A DNA stretch of 24,000 nt from Candidatus Nanoarchaeia archaeon (GTDB lineage: Archaea; Nanobdellota; Nanobdellia; Pacearchaeales; GW2011-AR1), in contig JAQTST010000001.1 in the NCBI GenBank assembly GCA_028711165.1, positions 394,986 to 418,985 of the forward strand, read 5' to 3'. This document shows, in pieces, positions 8,426 to 16,088 of the stretch; position 1 is the first letter of the stretch; each line of letters opens with the position of its first letter. The notes beneath the pieces were generated by a model. That model did not search any database. It had not been told where the DNA came from and saw nothing but the letters and a program-made list of their open reading frames with translations. The translations under genes and the position numbers were made by a program.

Positions 8426-8638
8426 TTATTTGGCTTTACTCACAAACTCGGAATAATGACATTTCCCGCAATAAACTCTGTCTTTTGCAATCATCAGGAA
8501 AACTCCTGGTCCGCAACGAGGACAAGTTTTCTCTCTCTTGATTGTGCTTCCCTCTATCTTATATTTTGAATATTTTTTGCTGGTAGGTTTATTCTTATGC
8601 GGTTTTTTTCCTTTTTTTACTCCTGCTTTTTTACCCAT
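8426..8638 (-). CDS. rps27ae: 30S ribosomal protein S27ae (eS31)
   Basis: Lys-rich N-terminus followed by the zinc ribbon CPRCGPGVFLMIAKDRVYCGKCHY. Last gene of the conserved rpoE'-spt4-S24e-S27ae cluster. Confidence 0.9.
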   Translation of the reverse strand: MGKKAGVKKGKKPHKNKPTSKKYSKYKIEGSTIKREKTCPRCGPGVFLMIAKDRVYCGKCHYSEFVSKAK

Positions 8639-8922
8639 TATTTCTTTTCCTCTGATTTATTATTTTCTTTTTGAGTTTTTATTTCTGTTTTTTCTTTGTC
8701 TTCTTTTGAATGGTATACATTTGCAGTAATTATAAAATTCTTTGAACCAAATGTTCCTGCAATTTTTTTTATTTTTACATTTTCAGGAACTGATGAAAAC
8801 TCCTTTGATAAAATTTCTGCTGCTTCCTGCATTTTTGGCGGAACAGCTGATTCAAAATTTACCTCAACTTCTTTCCTCTGAAATAAAGGATTTTCTCTTT
8901 GTTTTAAAATTGTAAGAGTCAT
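8638..8922 (-). CDS. rps24e: 30S ribosomal protein S24e (eS24)
   Basis: ILKQRENPLFQRKEVEVNF...KIKKIAGTFGSKNFIITANVYHSKED matches the S24e pattern. Operon context supports the call. Confidence 0.9.
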   Translation of the reverse strand: MTLTILKQRENPLFQRKEVEVNFESAVPPKMQEAAEILSKEFSSVPENVKIKKIAGTFGSKNFIITANVYHSKEDKEKTEIKTQKENNKSEEKK

Positions 8923-9104
8923 CTTGTTTTAATTGCAAGGTTTCCTTTGTCTTTCAAATTTAATTTCTGGGCAATCTCTGATTTTTCGGGATTTAGCAAG
9001 ATTATTCTTCCCTTGAAACTTTCAGTAGCTTCTTTAGAATCGCATTTAGGGCATTTCTCATCTTCAAATATTGTATTACAAATTTTACATGCTTTTGGTT
9101 TCAT
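8919..9104 (-). CDS. spt4: Transcription elongation factor Spt4 (RpoE'')
   Basis: 61 aa. Zinc ribbon CKICNTIF...CPKCDS followed by FKGRIILLNPEKSEIAQKLN. 4-nt overlaps with both neighbours. Conserved position after rpoE'. Confidence 0.85.
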   Translation of the reverse strand: MKPKACKICNTIFEDEKCPKCDSKEATESFKGRIILLNPEKSEIAQKLNLKDKGNLAIKTR

Positions 9105-9712
9105 TTCTTTTTCTTTCCTCCCTTGCCCTTTGCTGCTTTCTCTTCGTCTTTTAATGCTTTTTGTTCAGCTTTATTTTTCTTTAGAGTATCTTCTTTAATC
9201 CATTCAATTTTTCCCAATCCAGGTTGTCTCATTGTCAGTCCGATTTTTAATTCTCCACCTTTGTGAGATATTGCAACGATTCTCGCAATGCACAAATCTC
9301 CCTGTTTTAATGTTCTCTTTGATGCTTTTCCGATTAATGAATTTGTCTTGTTGAAACTGACATAATCATCCATTGTCTGCGAGATGTGAATCATTCCTTT
9401 CATTGCACCCAAATCCATGAATGCTCCGAAATTTGTTATTTCTGCAACTACCCCGTAAACAAGTTCCTGCAGTTCAGGTCTCCAAACGAGCAACTTGAAT
9501 CTTGAACGATAGTAAGCTGCACCGTCGCCGGGGATTATAACTCCCTCACCAACCTCGAGAACTTCAATAATTGAAAGAACTTTTCCTAATTCTTTGTCAT
9601 AGAAGTCAGTGTAGGTTTCTTTAAGCTGTTTTTCAACGGACTCGATAGTAGGCAACCCGAATAATTTCGGCTCTACTCTTATGTAATCCTCAACTTCAGA
9701 TATGTAGAACAT
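9101..9712 (-). CDS. rpoE: DNA-directed RNA polymerase subunit E' (Rpo7), with S1 domain
   Basis: MFYISEVEDYIRVEPKLFG...GEGVIIPGDGAAYYRSRFKLLVWRPELQELVYGVVAEITNFGAFMDLG is the Rpo7 N-terminal domain plus S1 fold. Lys-rich C-terminal tail. Confidence 0.9.
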   Translation of the reverse strand: MFYISEVEDYIRVEPKLFGLPTIESVEKQLKETYTDFYDKELGKVLSIIEVLEVGEGVIIPGDGAAYYRSRFKLLVWRPELQELVYGVVAEITNFGAFMDLGAMKGMIHISQTMDDYVSFNKTNSLIGKASKRTLKQGDLCIARIVAISHKGGELKIGLTMRQPGLGKIEWIKEDTLKKNKAEQKALKDEEKAAKGKGGKKKK

Positions 9713-9723
9713 TTTAACAAAAA

Positions 9724-10188
9724 TTATAACAAAAATCGGTTTAAAAAGGTTATTATATGTCTATAGAGAAAGCTGAACAAATAACCGAGGACAATCCAGA
9801 TTAAAAACATCTGCAGGCTTATTATCCCCATAAAATTAAGAAAATGATTAGAGTAATCCCAAAGTTTATGTCCGAATACAATTAAGGAGAATAATCCACC
9901 AATTAATTCCCATGCCAAAATTATCACTGCATTGAGAATTCCCCAGTAGACAAATTTGACTTTCTTTTTTTCCAACAGTTTTTCAAAAAAGATTAATATG
10001 ACTCCAACAAAACCATAGTAGGGAATAAAATATAATTTTAAATTTAACAATTCAAATAACCCTTTATCATAAGCAATTCCTCTTCCACCAACAAGTCCAA
10101 AGAGATACTCCATCAGAGAACCCAGAAAAGAGAAAGCAATAAAATAAAAAATATACATCACAAAGTTGAAATTTCTTTTTTCTTTCAT
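9724..10188 (-). CDS. Integral membrane protein (4-5 predicted TM helices), family uncertain
   Basis: Hydrophobic segments FVMYIFYFIAFSFLGSLMEYLFGLV, LYFIPYYGFVGVILIFF, WGILNAVIILAWELIGGLFSLIVF and MGIISLQMFLIWIVLGYLFSFL. The ATG overlaps the stop of the upstream PIN gene (ATGA). Confidence 0.6.
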   Translation of the reverse strand: MKEKRNFNFVMYIFYFIAFSFLGSLMEYLFGLVGGRGIAYDKGLFELLNLKLYFIPYYGFVGVILIFFEKLLEKKKVKFVYWGILNAVIILAWELIGGLFSLIVFGHKLWDYSNHFLNFMGIISLQMFLIWIVLGYLFSFLYRHIITFLNRFLL

Positions 10189-10541
10189 TTCACAATTTCC
10201 AGCCTTTTTTCTCCCCTTATTGTCATCTTCTGATTTTTAATTCTTGATTTCATTTCTCTATCTAATGTTGCAATAATCCAACCTTCATTTTCTCTTGCAG
10301 TTTTTATAATTCCTTTATCTACATTTTTTCCATGCAGAGTAATTTTTTTGAATTCATTTTTCTCCAAAATCTTTAGCGCAATTTTTGCTTCGGGTTTTGA
10401 GTTTGAAATTCCCCTAAGTTCTTCAATTACCTGTTTTGGAATTATCACTGACAAGCCCAGCGATTGAACTTCTTCGAAAAAATCTATTTTTTTTCTGACG
10501 CACGAAAGAATAAAATTTGTGTCGAGCAAAGCATATTTCAT
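10185..10541 (-). CDS. PIN-domain protein, Fcf1/Utp24-like (COG1412-type)
   Basis: MKYALLDTNFILSCVRKKIDFFEE...VIIPKQVIEEL...IATLDREMKSRIK follows the Fcf1-type PIN pattern (DTNF...EL...T.D.eL..R). Confidence 0.75.
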   Translation of the reverse strand: MKYALLDTNFILSCVRKKIDFFEEVQSLGLSVIIPKQVIEELRGISNSKPEAKIALKILEKNEFKKITLHGKNVDKGIIKTARENEGWIIATLDREMKSRIKNQKMTIRGEKRLEIVK

Positions 10542-10606
10542 ACGCTACAGAATGAACAGATGTATAAAAACTTAACATTTATTAATGGGAATTTCTTTTT
10601 TTCTTT

Positions 10607-11170
10607 ATGCAGGAAAAAGAGAATGCTCTCAGGATTCTTCAGGAAGCAAAGGATGCAATTAAGAATAATGATTCCATCAAATTGAAATTGCTGAGCAACC
10701 AGACGAACAACACCGCGTCGCTGACTCAGGACCCCGACAATATTGCCGTCGCTGTTGCTGTTTATTCTATCAGCAAAATAGTTGAGAGAGTCGAATACAG
10801 AACTCTTCCCGGCTGGAAAGATTTTTACAAGACAATTAATTCTGCCATCGATAACTCCATATCTGCAATAAAGAAAAATGATGACGCAAAACTTACAGAC
10901 AGTCTTATTTCCATCCGAGATGCTGTTTCGAAACTTTCGGGGAGGCTGAAAGATTATATTCAGGATGTTTTCAGAAAAGCACAGATAAACAAAGCTTCGA
11001 AAATTTATGAGCACGGGATTTCCATGGAACAGACTGCAAATCTTTTGGGGATAACTTTGTTTGAACTTGCAACTTATTCAGGGCAAAAACCTGAAGGTGC
11101 TGAAGCTCCTCTGGCAAAAACTCTCGACGTCAAATCAAGAATTAAAACTGCAATGGATTTATTCCGATGA
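10607..11170 (+). CDS. Hypothetical helical protein with a C-terminal helix-turn-helix
   Basis: The C-terminal segment GISMEQTANLLGITLFELATY is HTH-like. 4-nt overlap (ATGA) with the following PIN-like gene. The competing antisense ORF 10538..11014 is low-complexity. Confidence 0.6.
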   Translation: MQEKENALRILQEAKDAIKNNDSIKLKLLSNQTNNTASLTQDPDNIAVAVAVYSISKIVERVEYRTLPGWKDFYKTINSAIDNSISAIKKNDDAKLTDSLISIRDAVSKLSGRLKDYIQDVFRKAQINKASKIYEHGISMEQTANLLGITLFELATYSGQKPEGAEAPLAKTLDVKSRIKTAMDLFR

Positions 11171-11874
11171 TTAAAAACAATTCTGCAACTAAGGTAATAA
11201 TTTTTGATTCAAGCTCTCTGATAAATTTTACAATGAATGGATTGCTGGAAGAGTTTGGAGAATTGAAAAAAAGATTTGATGGGAAATTTATTATAACAAA
11301 AGAAGTAAGCGCAGAGGTTATAGACAAACCAATGACAATTCCCCGATTCAAACTTGAAGCTTTGAAAATAAAAAAATTGATTGATGAAAAAATTATTGAA
11401 TTGCCGTCGGCAATCGGGATTGATGACAGGGAAGTTACAAAAAAAACAATGGAAGTCAAAGACAAGGCGAATAACATGTTTTTTGGGCGGGGAAATGCGA
11501 TACAAATTATCCACTCAGGAGAAGCTTCGTGTCTTGCACTTAGCATTCTGCTTAATGAGAAAAAAATAGATAATGTCCTTTCTGTCGACGAGAGAACTTT
11601 GAGGATGCTTGGGGAAAAGCCTGAAAATCTGTCGATTTTCCTCGGAAGAAAATTACATGCAGATATACAAATGCACGACGAAAATCTGAGTTATTTTCAG
11701 AATTTCAGATTTATACGTTCAACAGAACTGATGTATGTTGCGTACAAAAAAGGAATAGTAAAGCTGAAAAATCATAATGTTCTCGACGCTATTCTTTACG
11801 CGCTGAAACTTAACGGCTGTTCAATTTCTGACGAGGAAATCAGCGAGATGAAAAGAATGAATAATAATAAATAA
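11167..11874 (+). CDS. PIN-like nuclease-fold protein (predicted), 235 aa
   Basis: Acidic residues sit in PIN-like contexts: VIIFDSSSLINF (Asp), IIHSGEASCLALS (Glu), LSVDERTLRML (Asp). Larger than VapC-type PINs. Family assignment is tentative. Confidence 0.5.
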   Translation: MIKNNSATKVIIFDSSSLINFTMNGLLEEFGELKKRFDGKFIITKEVSAEVIDKPMTIPRFKLEALKIKKLIDEKIIELPSAIGIDDREVTKKTMEVKDKANNMFFGRGNAIQIIHSGEASCLALSILLNEKKIDNVLSVDERTLRMLGEKPENLSIFLGRKLHADIQMHDENLSYFQNFRFIRSTELMYVAYKKGIVKLKNHNVLDAILYALKLNGCSISDEEISEMKRMNNNK

Positions 11875-11980
11875 GAATGTAAGACACCTTATCGGTTTCT
11901 TAACACTCAACTTCCCTTTAAATTTGAGTCAAGCCTGATCATAAAAACAATTAAAAATAGATTTCTTTTCATTAGTTCAT

Positions 11981-12092
11981 GGGTGCATAGGCTAATGGTA
12001 GACTGGCTGCCTCCAGAGCAAATCTCTGAGATTTCCTCTCTCCGCATTTGCAGAGAGAGCAGCATATCGGGGTTCGATTCCTCGTGCGCCCA
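11981..12092 (+). tRNA. tRNA-Trp (anticodon CCA) with a ~41-nt intron at the canonical 37/38 position
   Basis: Acceptor GGGTGCA/TGCGCCC (one G:U) with A73. D arm GGCT-AATGGTA-GACT (one mismatch). Anticodon stem GCTGC, completed by GCAGC (12059-12063) after the intron. Loop CTCCAG.A gives CCA. T arm CGGGG-TTCGATT-CCTCG. An oligo-T run (TTTTT) follows immediately after position 12092. Confidence 0.85.
12017..12057 (+). other. tRNA-Trp intron (boundaries +/-1 nt because of flanking A residues)
   Basis: Removing this segment restores the anticodon stem GCTGC/GCAGC. Internal self-complementarity is present: GCAAAT/ATTTGC, AAATCT/AGATTT and CTCTCT/AGAGAG. Confidence 0.7.
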
Positions 12093-12118
12093 TTTTTATC
12101 TCCCAGAAAGAATTAGAA

Positions 12119-13174
12119 TTATTCTTTTAAATGGCTTATCTTTTCCAGCATCTCGTTAATTTTTTCCTCTTCGAAAAAGGGAATTAAATCTTCTTTTTTA
12201 AGTTCAAGAATTGCCACTAAATTTTTGAAATTTTTGATTAAAGTTCCCGCTTCTTTTTCTGAAATTCCTGCTCTTCCAAGAGTTCTGTGCCCTTTTGAAG
12301 TTATGTCGCTATCTTCTGATAAACCGAGACATTGTTTTATATTTTCAAGTTCGAGAAGCTCATCGTAACTCAGTACAGAAAGAATTTTTTTAGAACGACT
12401 CAATCCAAGCCGGGTGTAATCTCTTATGACGTCGTCGATTTCTTTTTCAACTCTGTAAAGAATTTCTTTCAGTCTTGATTTTACTATTGTTCCCTCTGCT
12501 CCTAATTCGATGATATACCCTTTCAATGTTTCTGAAATTTTTATAATCATAATTCCTCTCTGGATTAACAAAAGAGATTTTGCAAGTGCAGGTCTTTTTT
12601 TTAGCTCTTCTCTGTCTAACTCATTTTTATTTTTTTCAAAAACTTCTTTGTGCTTTTCAAGAATCTGGAGAACTTCTGTTGCTCTCCTGATTATATCACT
12701 CGTGCTTCTGATAACATATTTTATGTTCTTGTAAAAAAGTGCAATCTCATCTCTTCGCTGAGAGACTGTTATAACGACGGTTTCTGCCTGTTTTGCTGTT
12801 CTTTCTGCTGCTTTGTGCCTTGTACCTGTCTCATTTGAAGCGATTGAATTATTCGGCGTCAGAAGAACATTTGCATGCAGAATTTTTTTCAAATCTTTTG
12901 AGAGAATTATTGCTCCGTCCATTTTGCTCAGTTCAATAAGCCTTTGGGGAGTTACTCTTGAATTTATCTTGAAACCTCCCTCGAAAATATTCTCTGTAAA
13001 TTCATTGTAGGCGACAATCAGTCCCCCTGTTTTTGCTTTCTGGATTCCTTCAACTGCCGAGCGAATAGAAGTTCCCGGAGAAATAATTTTCAATATATCT
13101 GTGATTTCTTCTTTCTTGACTTCTTTTTTGCCTTCAACGAGCCTTACCTGGATCTCCTTTTTTTCCTCTTCCAT
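12119..13174 (-). CDS. disA: DisA-type diadenylate cyclase (DAC domain + linker + C-terminal HhH)
   Basis: DAC motifs are present: GGLIVAYNE, MDGAIILSKD, ETGTRHKAAERTAKQAETVVITVSQRRDEIALFYKN. A long helical linker follows. C-terminal HhH-like GRAGISEKEAGTLIKNFKNLVAIL. Start set to the ATG at 13174 (GGAG 8 nt upstream); the ORF-track start at 13195 is a TTG. Confidence 0.85.
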   Translation of the reverse strand: MEEEKKEIQVRLVEGKKEVKKEEITDILKIISPGTSIRSAVEGIQKAKTGGLIVAYNEFTENIFEGGFKINSRVTPQRLIELSKMDGAIILSKDLKKILHANVLLTPNNSIASNETGTRHKAAERTAKQAETVVITVSQRRDEIALFYKNIKYVIRSTSDIIRRATEVLQILEKHKEVFEKNKNELDREELKKRPALAKSLLLIQRGIMIIKISETLKGYIIELGAEGTIVKSRLKEILYRVEKEIDDVIRDYTRLGLSRSKKILSVLSYDELLELENIKQCLGLSEDSDITSKGHRTLGRAGISEKEAGTLIKNFKNLVAILELKKEDLIPFFEEEKINEMLEKISHLKE

Positions 13175-13273
13175 TCTAAAATCTCCGAAACACAACAGGA
13201 ATATATTTTGTCTTTAAATATTTTTATCTGTTTTTTTAAATAACTTTAAAAATAAAATCGTCGATATATAACG

Positions 13274-14683
13274 ATGAAAAGGGGGAAAAAAATTTCTGAA
13301 AATTGCCTGAAAGAAGAAACAAAAAAAATTAGTGTAAAAGAAGGTGTTGCCTACAGTTTCATGGACGGGGCAGGGCTGAGATATATCACACCTTATGCTC
13401 TTGCAATCGGCGCGAATAATGCACAGATAGGTTTTCTTACTTCAATTCCGTCGCTGTTGGGAAATTTCTCGCAATTTTTTACTTCGAAAGCTGTTGAAAA
13501 ATATCCAAGAAAAAAAATAGTCGCAGTGAGCATTTTCCTGCAAGCTTTAATGTGGATACCTTTGATTATACTTGGTTATCTATTTTTCTATAAAAATTTT
13601 GACCACGGACTTAGCGCGACGCTGATGATTGTTTTTTTTACATTGATGGTTCTATTCGGAGCTTTTGCATCTCCTGCCTGGAATTCTCTGATTAAAGATA
13701 TCGTCGATAAATGCAGGGGAGAATATTTTGGAAAGAGAAACAGGATTCTTGGAATCACTTCAATTTTAGTCATGCTTGCCTGCGGTTTTATACTTAATTA
13801 TTTCACCAAGATAAATTTACTTCTGGGATTCGGAATAATTTTTGGAATTGCATTTATTGCAAGATTGATATCCGGATATTTCATGACTAAATATTATGAA
13901 CCAAAACTCAAACTCGAAAAAGGATATTATTTCAGTTTCTGGGAATTTATCAAAGGTGTTCCGAAAAGCAACTTCGGAAAATTCACAGTATTCATCGGGC
14001 TGATAAGTTTTGCAGCGTCGATAGCATCGCCTTTTTTTGCAGTTTATCTGCTCAGAGATTTGAATCTGAGTTATTTAATCTGGACTGTTGTCGTTGTCTT
14101 TAATTCAATCGGAACGTTTTTGTTCATGCCGTTGTGGGGAAAATTCGCTGACAAATACGGCAACCTCAAGGTTTTGAAATGGACAGGTGCATTCGTCGGG
14201 GCGATACCTTTGTTATGGGTTGGAGTCATGTTTGTCTTACCAATAAATGTTCCATTGGTAATTGTTTATCTTAGTGCTATTGAACTTTTCTCGGGATTCA
14301 TCTGGGCAGGATTTAACTTGTCAGCAACTAATTTTATTTACGACGCAGTAAGCAACCAGAAAACTGCTTTATGTATTTCTTATTATAACATAATCAACGG
14401 AATAGGGGTTTTTATCGGTGCAAGCATTGGAGGACTTTTAGCTTCTATGAATTTTAATATTTTTGGAATTGGGCCTCTTTTATTTATATTCTTAATAAGC
14501 GGAATTGCAAGATATCTGATTTATCTATTTATGATTCCCAAGATAAAGGAAGTCAGAGGAGTAAAGGAATACCACGACGGAGAATTTAAAAAAGAACTTA
14601 AAAAAATGCTGGTGCCTCCGCCATTCAGATTCTTAAAACACCATCACACATCTACCAGTTCTTTTATTGTTCCGAAATTGTAA
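13274..14683 (+). CDS. Major facilitator superfamily transporter (about 12 TM helices)
   Basis: Alternating hydrophobic helices throughout. MFS-like loop motifs are present (GKRNRILG after TM2-3; PLWGKFADKYGN in the second half). Confidence 0.8.
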   Translation: MKRGKKISENCLKEETKKISVKEGVAYSFMDGAGLRYITPYALAIGANNAQIGFLTSIPSLLGNFSQFFTSKAVEKYPRKKIVAVSIFLQALMWIPLIILGYLFFYKNFDHGLSATLMIVFFTLMVLFGAFASPAWNSLIKDIVDKCRGEYFGKRNRILGITSILVMLACGFILNYFTKINLLLGFGIIFGIAFIARLISGYFMTKYYEPKLKLEKGYYFSFWEFIKGVPKSNFGKFTVFIGLISFAASIASPFFAVYLLRDLNLSYLIWTVVVVFNSIGTFLFMPLWGKFADKYGNLKVLKWTGAFVGAIPLLWVGVMFVLPINVPLVIVYLSAIELFSGFIWAGFNLSATNFIYDAVSNQKTALCISYYNIINGIGVFIGASIGGLLASMNFNIFGIGPLLFIFLISGIARYLIYLFMIPKIKEVRGVKEYHDGEFKKELKKMLVPPPFRFLKHHHTSTSSFIVPKL

Positions 14684-15381
14684 ACTTCGTTTTTGCCGGC
14701 AGCATATACCACAAAATTTTTCAGATTCCTTTTAGGAATTATTGAAAAATAATCTTCATATTCATGCTCGATTGAATTTATTGTTGTCCCTTCAATTGTT
14801 GCGAGAAAACTCGGAAGAATAATAATATTTTTTCTTTTGAATTTGCCGACGAGAAAACACTTGTATTTCTCTCTTTTCACTCCTGATTCTTCTGCGAGGA
14901 TTATTGACGGATGAAGATGTCCGATGACAATCGTTTTTATCTTTTCACCAAATATCTCCGGAAAAAGTTTATGCCCGTGGGTGAAAGCCAAATCACCGTC
15001 GATAAAATAATCCTTTAGCCTGTCTGAAAAAGAGTAATCAATTGTATCGTGATTTCCTTTTATGAGAATTACCTTTTTGTCGTCGATATATCCTTTCAGA
15101 AATTTCAGAATATCATTGAAATAATTTTTTTCTTTCCATTCATATGAAAAAGAATGCTTGATATCTCCGATAAAAACAATTTTTTTCAGTTTGAGATTTC
15201 TCTTTTTTATTTCTTCGAAAATTTCTGCCAGTTCTTTTTTTACTTCTTCAATCTGCATTTCAGGGACGAGAACTCCTGACTGCTGGAGCTTGTATTCAAA
15301 TCCGAGATGCAAATCTCCGACTGCAAGAATTCCCTTTTCAGGGAAAAATATTGTTTTTCCGAGGAAGATATAATTTTTCAT
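14644..15381 (-). CDS. Binuclear metallophosphoesterase (COG1407 / MPE-like, calcineurin fold)
   Basis: Metal-ligand motifs appear in order: VGDLHLG, IGDIKHS, KGNHD, THGH, IGHLHP. Start moved to the ATG at 15381, because the ORF-track TTG at 15393 lies inside the tRNA-Arg acceptor stem. Confidence 0.85.
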   Translation of the reverse strand: MKNYIFLGKTIFFPEKGILAVGDLHLGFEYKLQQSGVLVPEMQIEEVKKELAEIFEEIKKRNLKLKKIVFIGDIKHSFSYEWKEKNYFNDILKFLKGYIDDKKVILIKGNHDTIDYSFSDRLKDYFIDGDLAFTHGHKLFPEIFGEKIKTIVIGHLHPSIILAEESGVKREKYKCFLVGKFKRKNIIILPSFLATIEGTTINSIEHEYEDYFSIIPKRNLKNFVVYAAGKNEVYNFGTIKELVDV

Positions 15382-15382
15382 A

Positions 15383-15529
15383 TGCCCCTGCAAGGATTTG
15401 AACCTTGGTCACAAGCTTTTCGCGCATTCTTTGAAAAATAGTTTCTTTCTTCAAAGCCTAATTCTTTCTTTTCTAAAGAAAGAAGTGGCACCGCAAGCTC
15501 GCATTCTATCCAGACTGAACTACAGAGGC
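15383..15529 (-). tRNA. tRNA-Arg (anticodon GCG) with a 73-nt intron at position 37/38
   Basis: Minus-strand fold. Acceptor GCCTCTG/CAGGGGC (one G:U) with A73. D arm GTTC-AGTCTGGATA-GAAT. Anticodon stem CGAGC/GCTTG is restored after intron removal. Loop TTGCGG.A gives GCG. T arm CAAGG-TTCAAAT-CCTTG. No encoded CCA. Confidence 0.8.
15418..15490 (-). other. tRNA-Arg intron (73 nt)
   Basis: Lies between G37 (15491) and A38 (15417). Contains the 9-bp hairpin TTCTTTCTT/AAGAAAGAA, the 7-bp hairpin CTTTGAA/TTCAAAG, and a 3' segment CGCGA able to pair with the anticodon-loop TTGCG (the anticodon-intron helix expected for a splicing substrate). Confidence 0.7.
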
Positions 15530-15580
15530 TTATTATGCGATGGAGATGAAACTAGAAAAAAGTTTGTATTTATAAATTAA

Positions 15581-15958
15581 TTAGATTGGAGTTATGCTTA
15601 TCTCACAACTGTCATCACAAACACAAATATGTGAATAATCACTAACCTCGTCGCCGACATTATTGCAATTCCATCTTATTCCCGGGAAATGTCCTTTGCA
15701 GGCGTTGTTTGTTATGCAGGATTTTTCCAACTCGAAAACATCATCTTTCAGCATGTCGTATTTTACTAACAACTCATTTAACTGAGAACTTAAATTATTC
15801 CTGTCTGAAGTTAATTGCTGAACTTGTTCTTCCAACGAATTGATTGCAGCTTTTACTTTTATCCCAGTGTAAACACCATAGATTAAAATAACGACGAGAA
15901 CAGCGATAATAGAAATTAAAATTATTGTAACTTTACTTCTCTTTTTTTTCATTATCAT
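15581..15958 (-). CDS. Membrane-anchored hypothetical protein: N-terminal TM helix, coiled coil, Cys-rich C-terminal domain
   Basis: MIMKKKRSKVTIILISIIAVLVVILIYGVY (basic then TM), followed by the heptad-like segment LEEQVQQLTSDRNNLSSQLNELLVKYDMLKDD, followed by 7 Cys in the last ~45 aa. Start set to the ATG at 15958; the ORF-track start at 15991 is a TTG. The ATG at 15952 is equally possible. Confidence 0.55.
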   Translation of the reverse strand: MIMKKKRSKVTIILISIIAVLVVILIYGVYTGIKVKAAINSLEEQVQQLTSDRNNLSSQLNELLVKYDMLKDDVFELEKSCITNNACKGHFPGIRWNCNNVGDEVSDYSHICVCDDSCEISITPI

Positions 15959-16088
15959 AAATATAAAAAGAAGTATATAAATTTTTTTCAAATAAATTTA
16001 AAAAGTATATTTGCATAATGTATATTATAATATAATCATTACTGAAAGTAAATATAAATTTACATTCAATGAAAGGAGGTAAAAAAAT

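Noticed and set aside
10538-11014. 158-aa minus-strand ORF overlapping the 10607..11170 gene
   Set aside because: It is antisense to a better ORF that has an ATG start and is translationally coupled to the next gene. Its translation is Phe/Cys/Ile-rich low-complexity sequence, typical of shadow ORFs in AT-rich DNA.
12017-12057. Box C/D sRNA embedded in the tRNA-Trp intron (as in some euryarchaea), or in the tRNA-Arg intron (15418..15490)
   Set aside because: The Trp intron has a CUGA but no RUGAUGA C box, and at 41 nt it is too short. The Arg intron has only a degenerate TGAAGA and no CUGA. I could not identify a k-turn-forming box pair.
13175-13195. ORF-track N-terminal extensions that begin at non-ATG codons (TTG at 13195, 15393 and 15991; GTG at 17657) and the ATG at 1458
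   Set aside because: In each case a downstream ATG has a better SD (GGAG, AGGTGA or GGAGG). The extension is either implausible (inside the tRNA-Arg acceptor stem at 15393) or adds residues before an obvious signal or TM start. Coordinates were trimmed accordingly.
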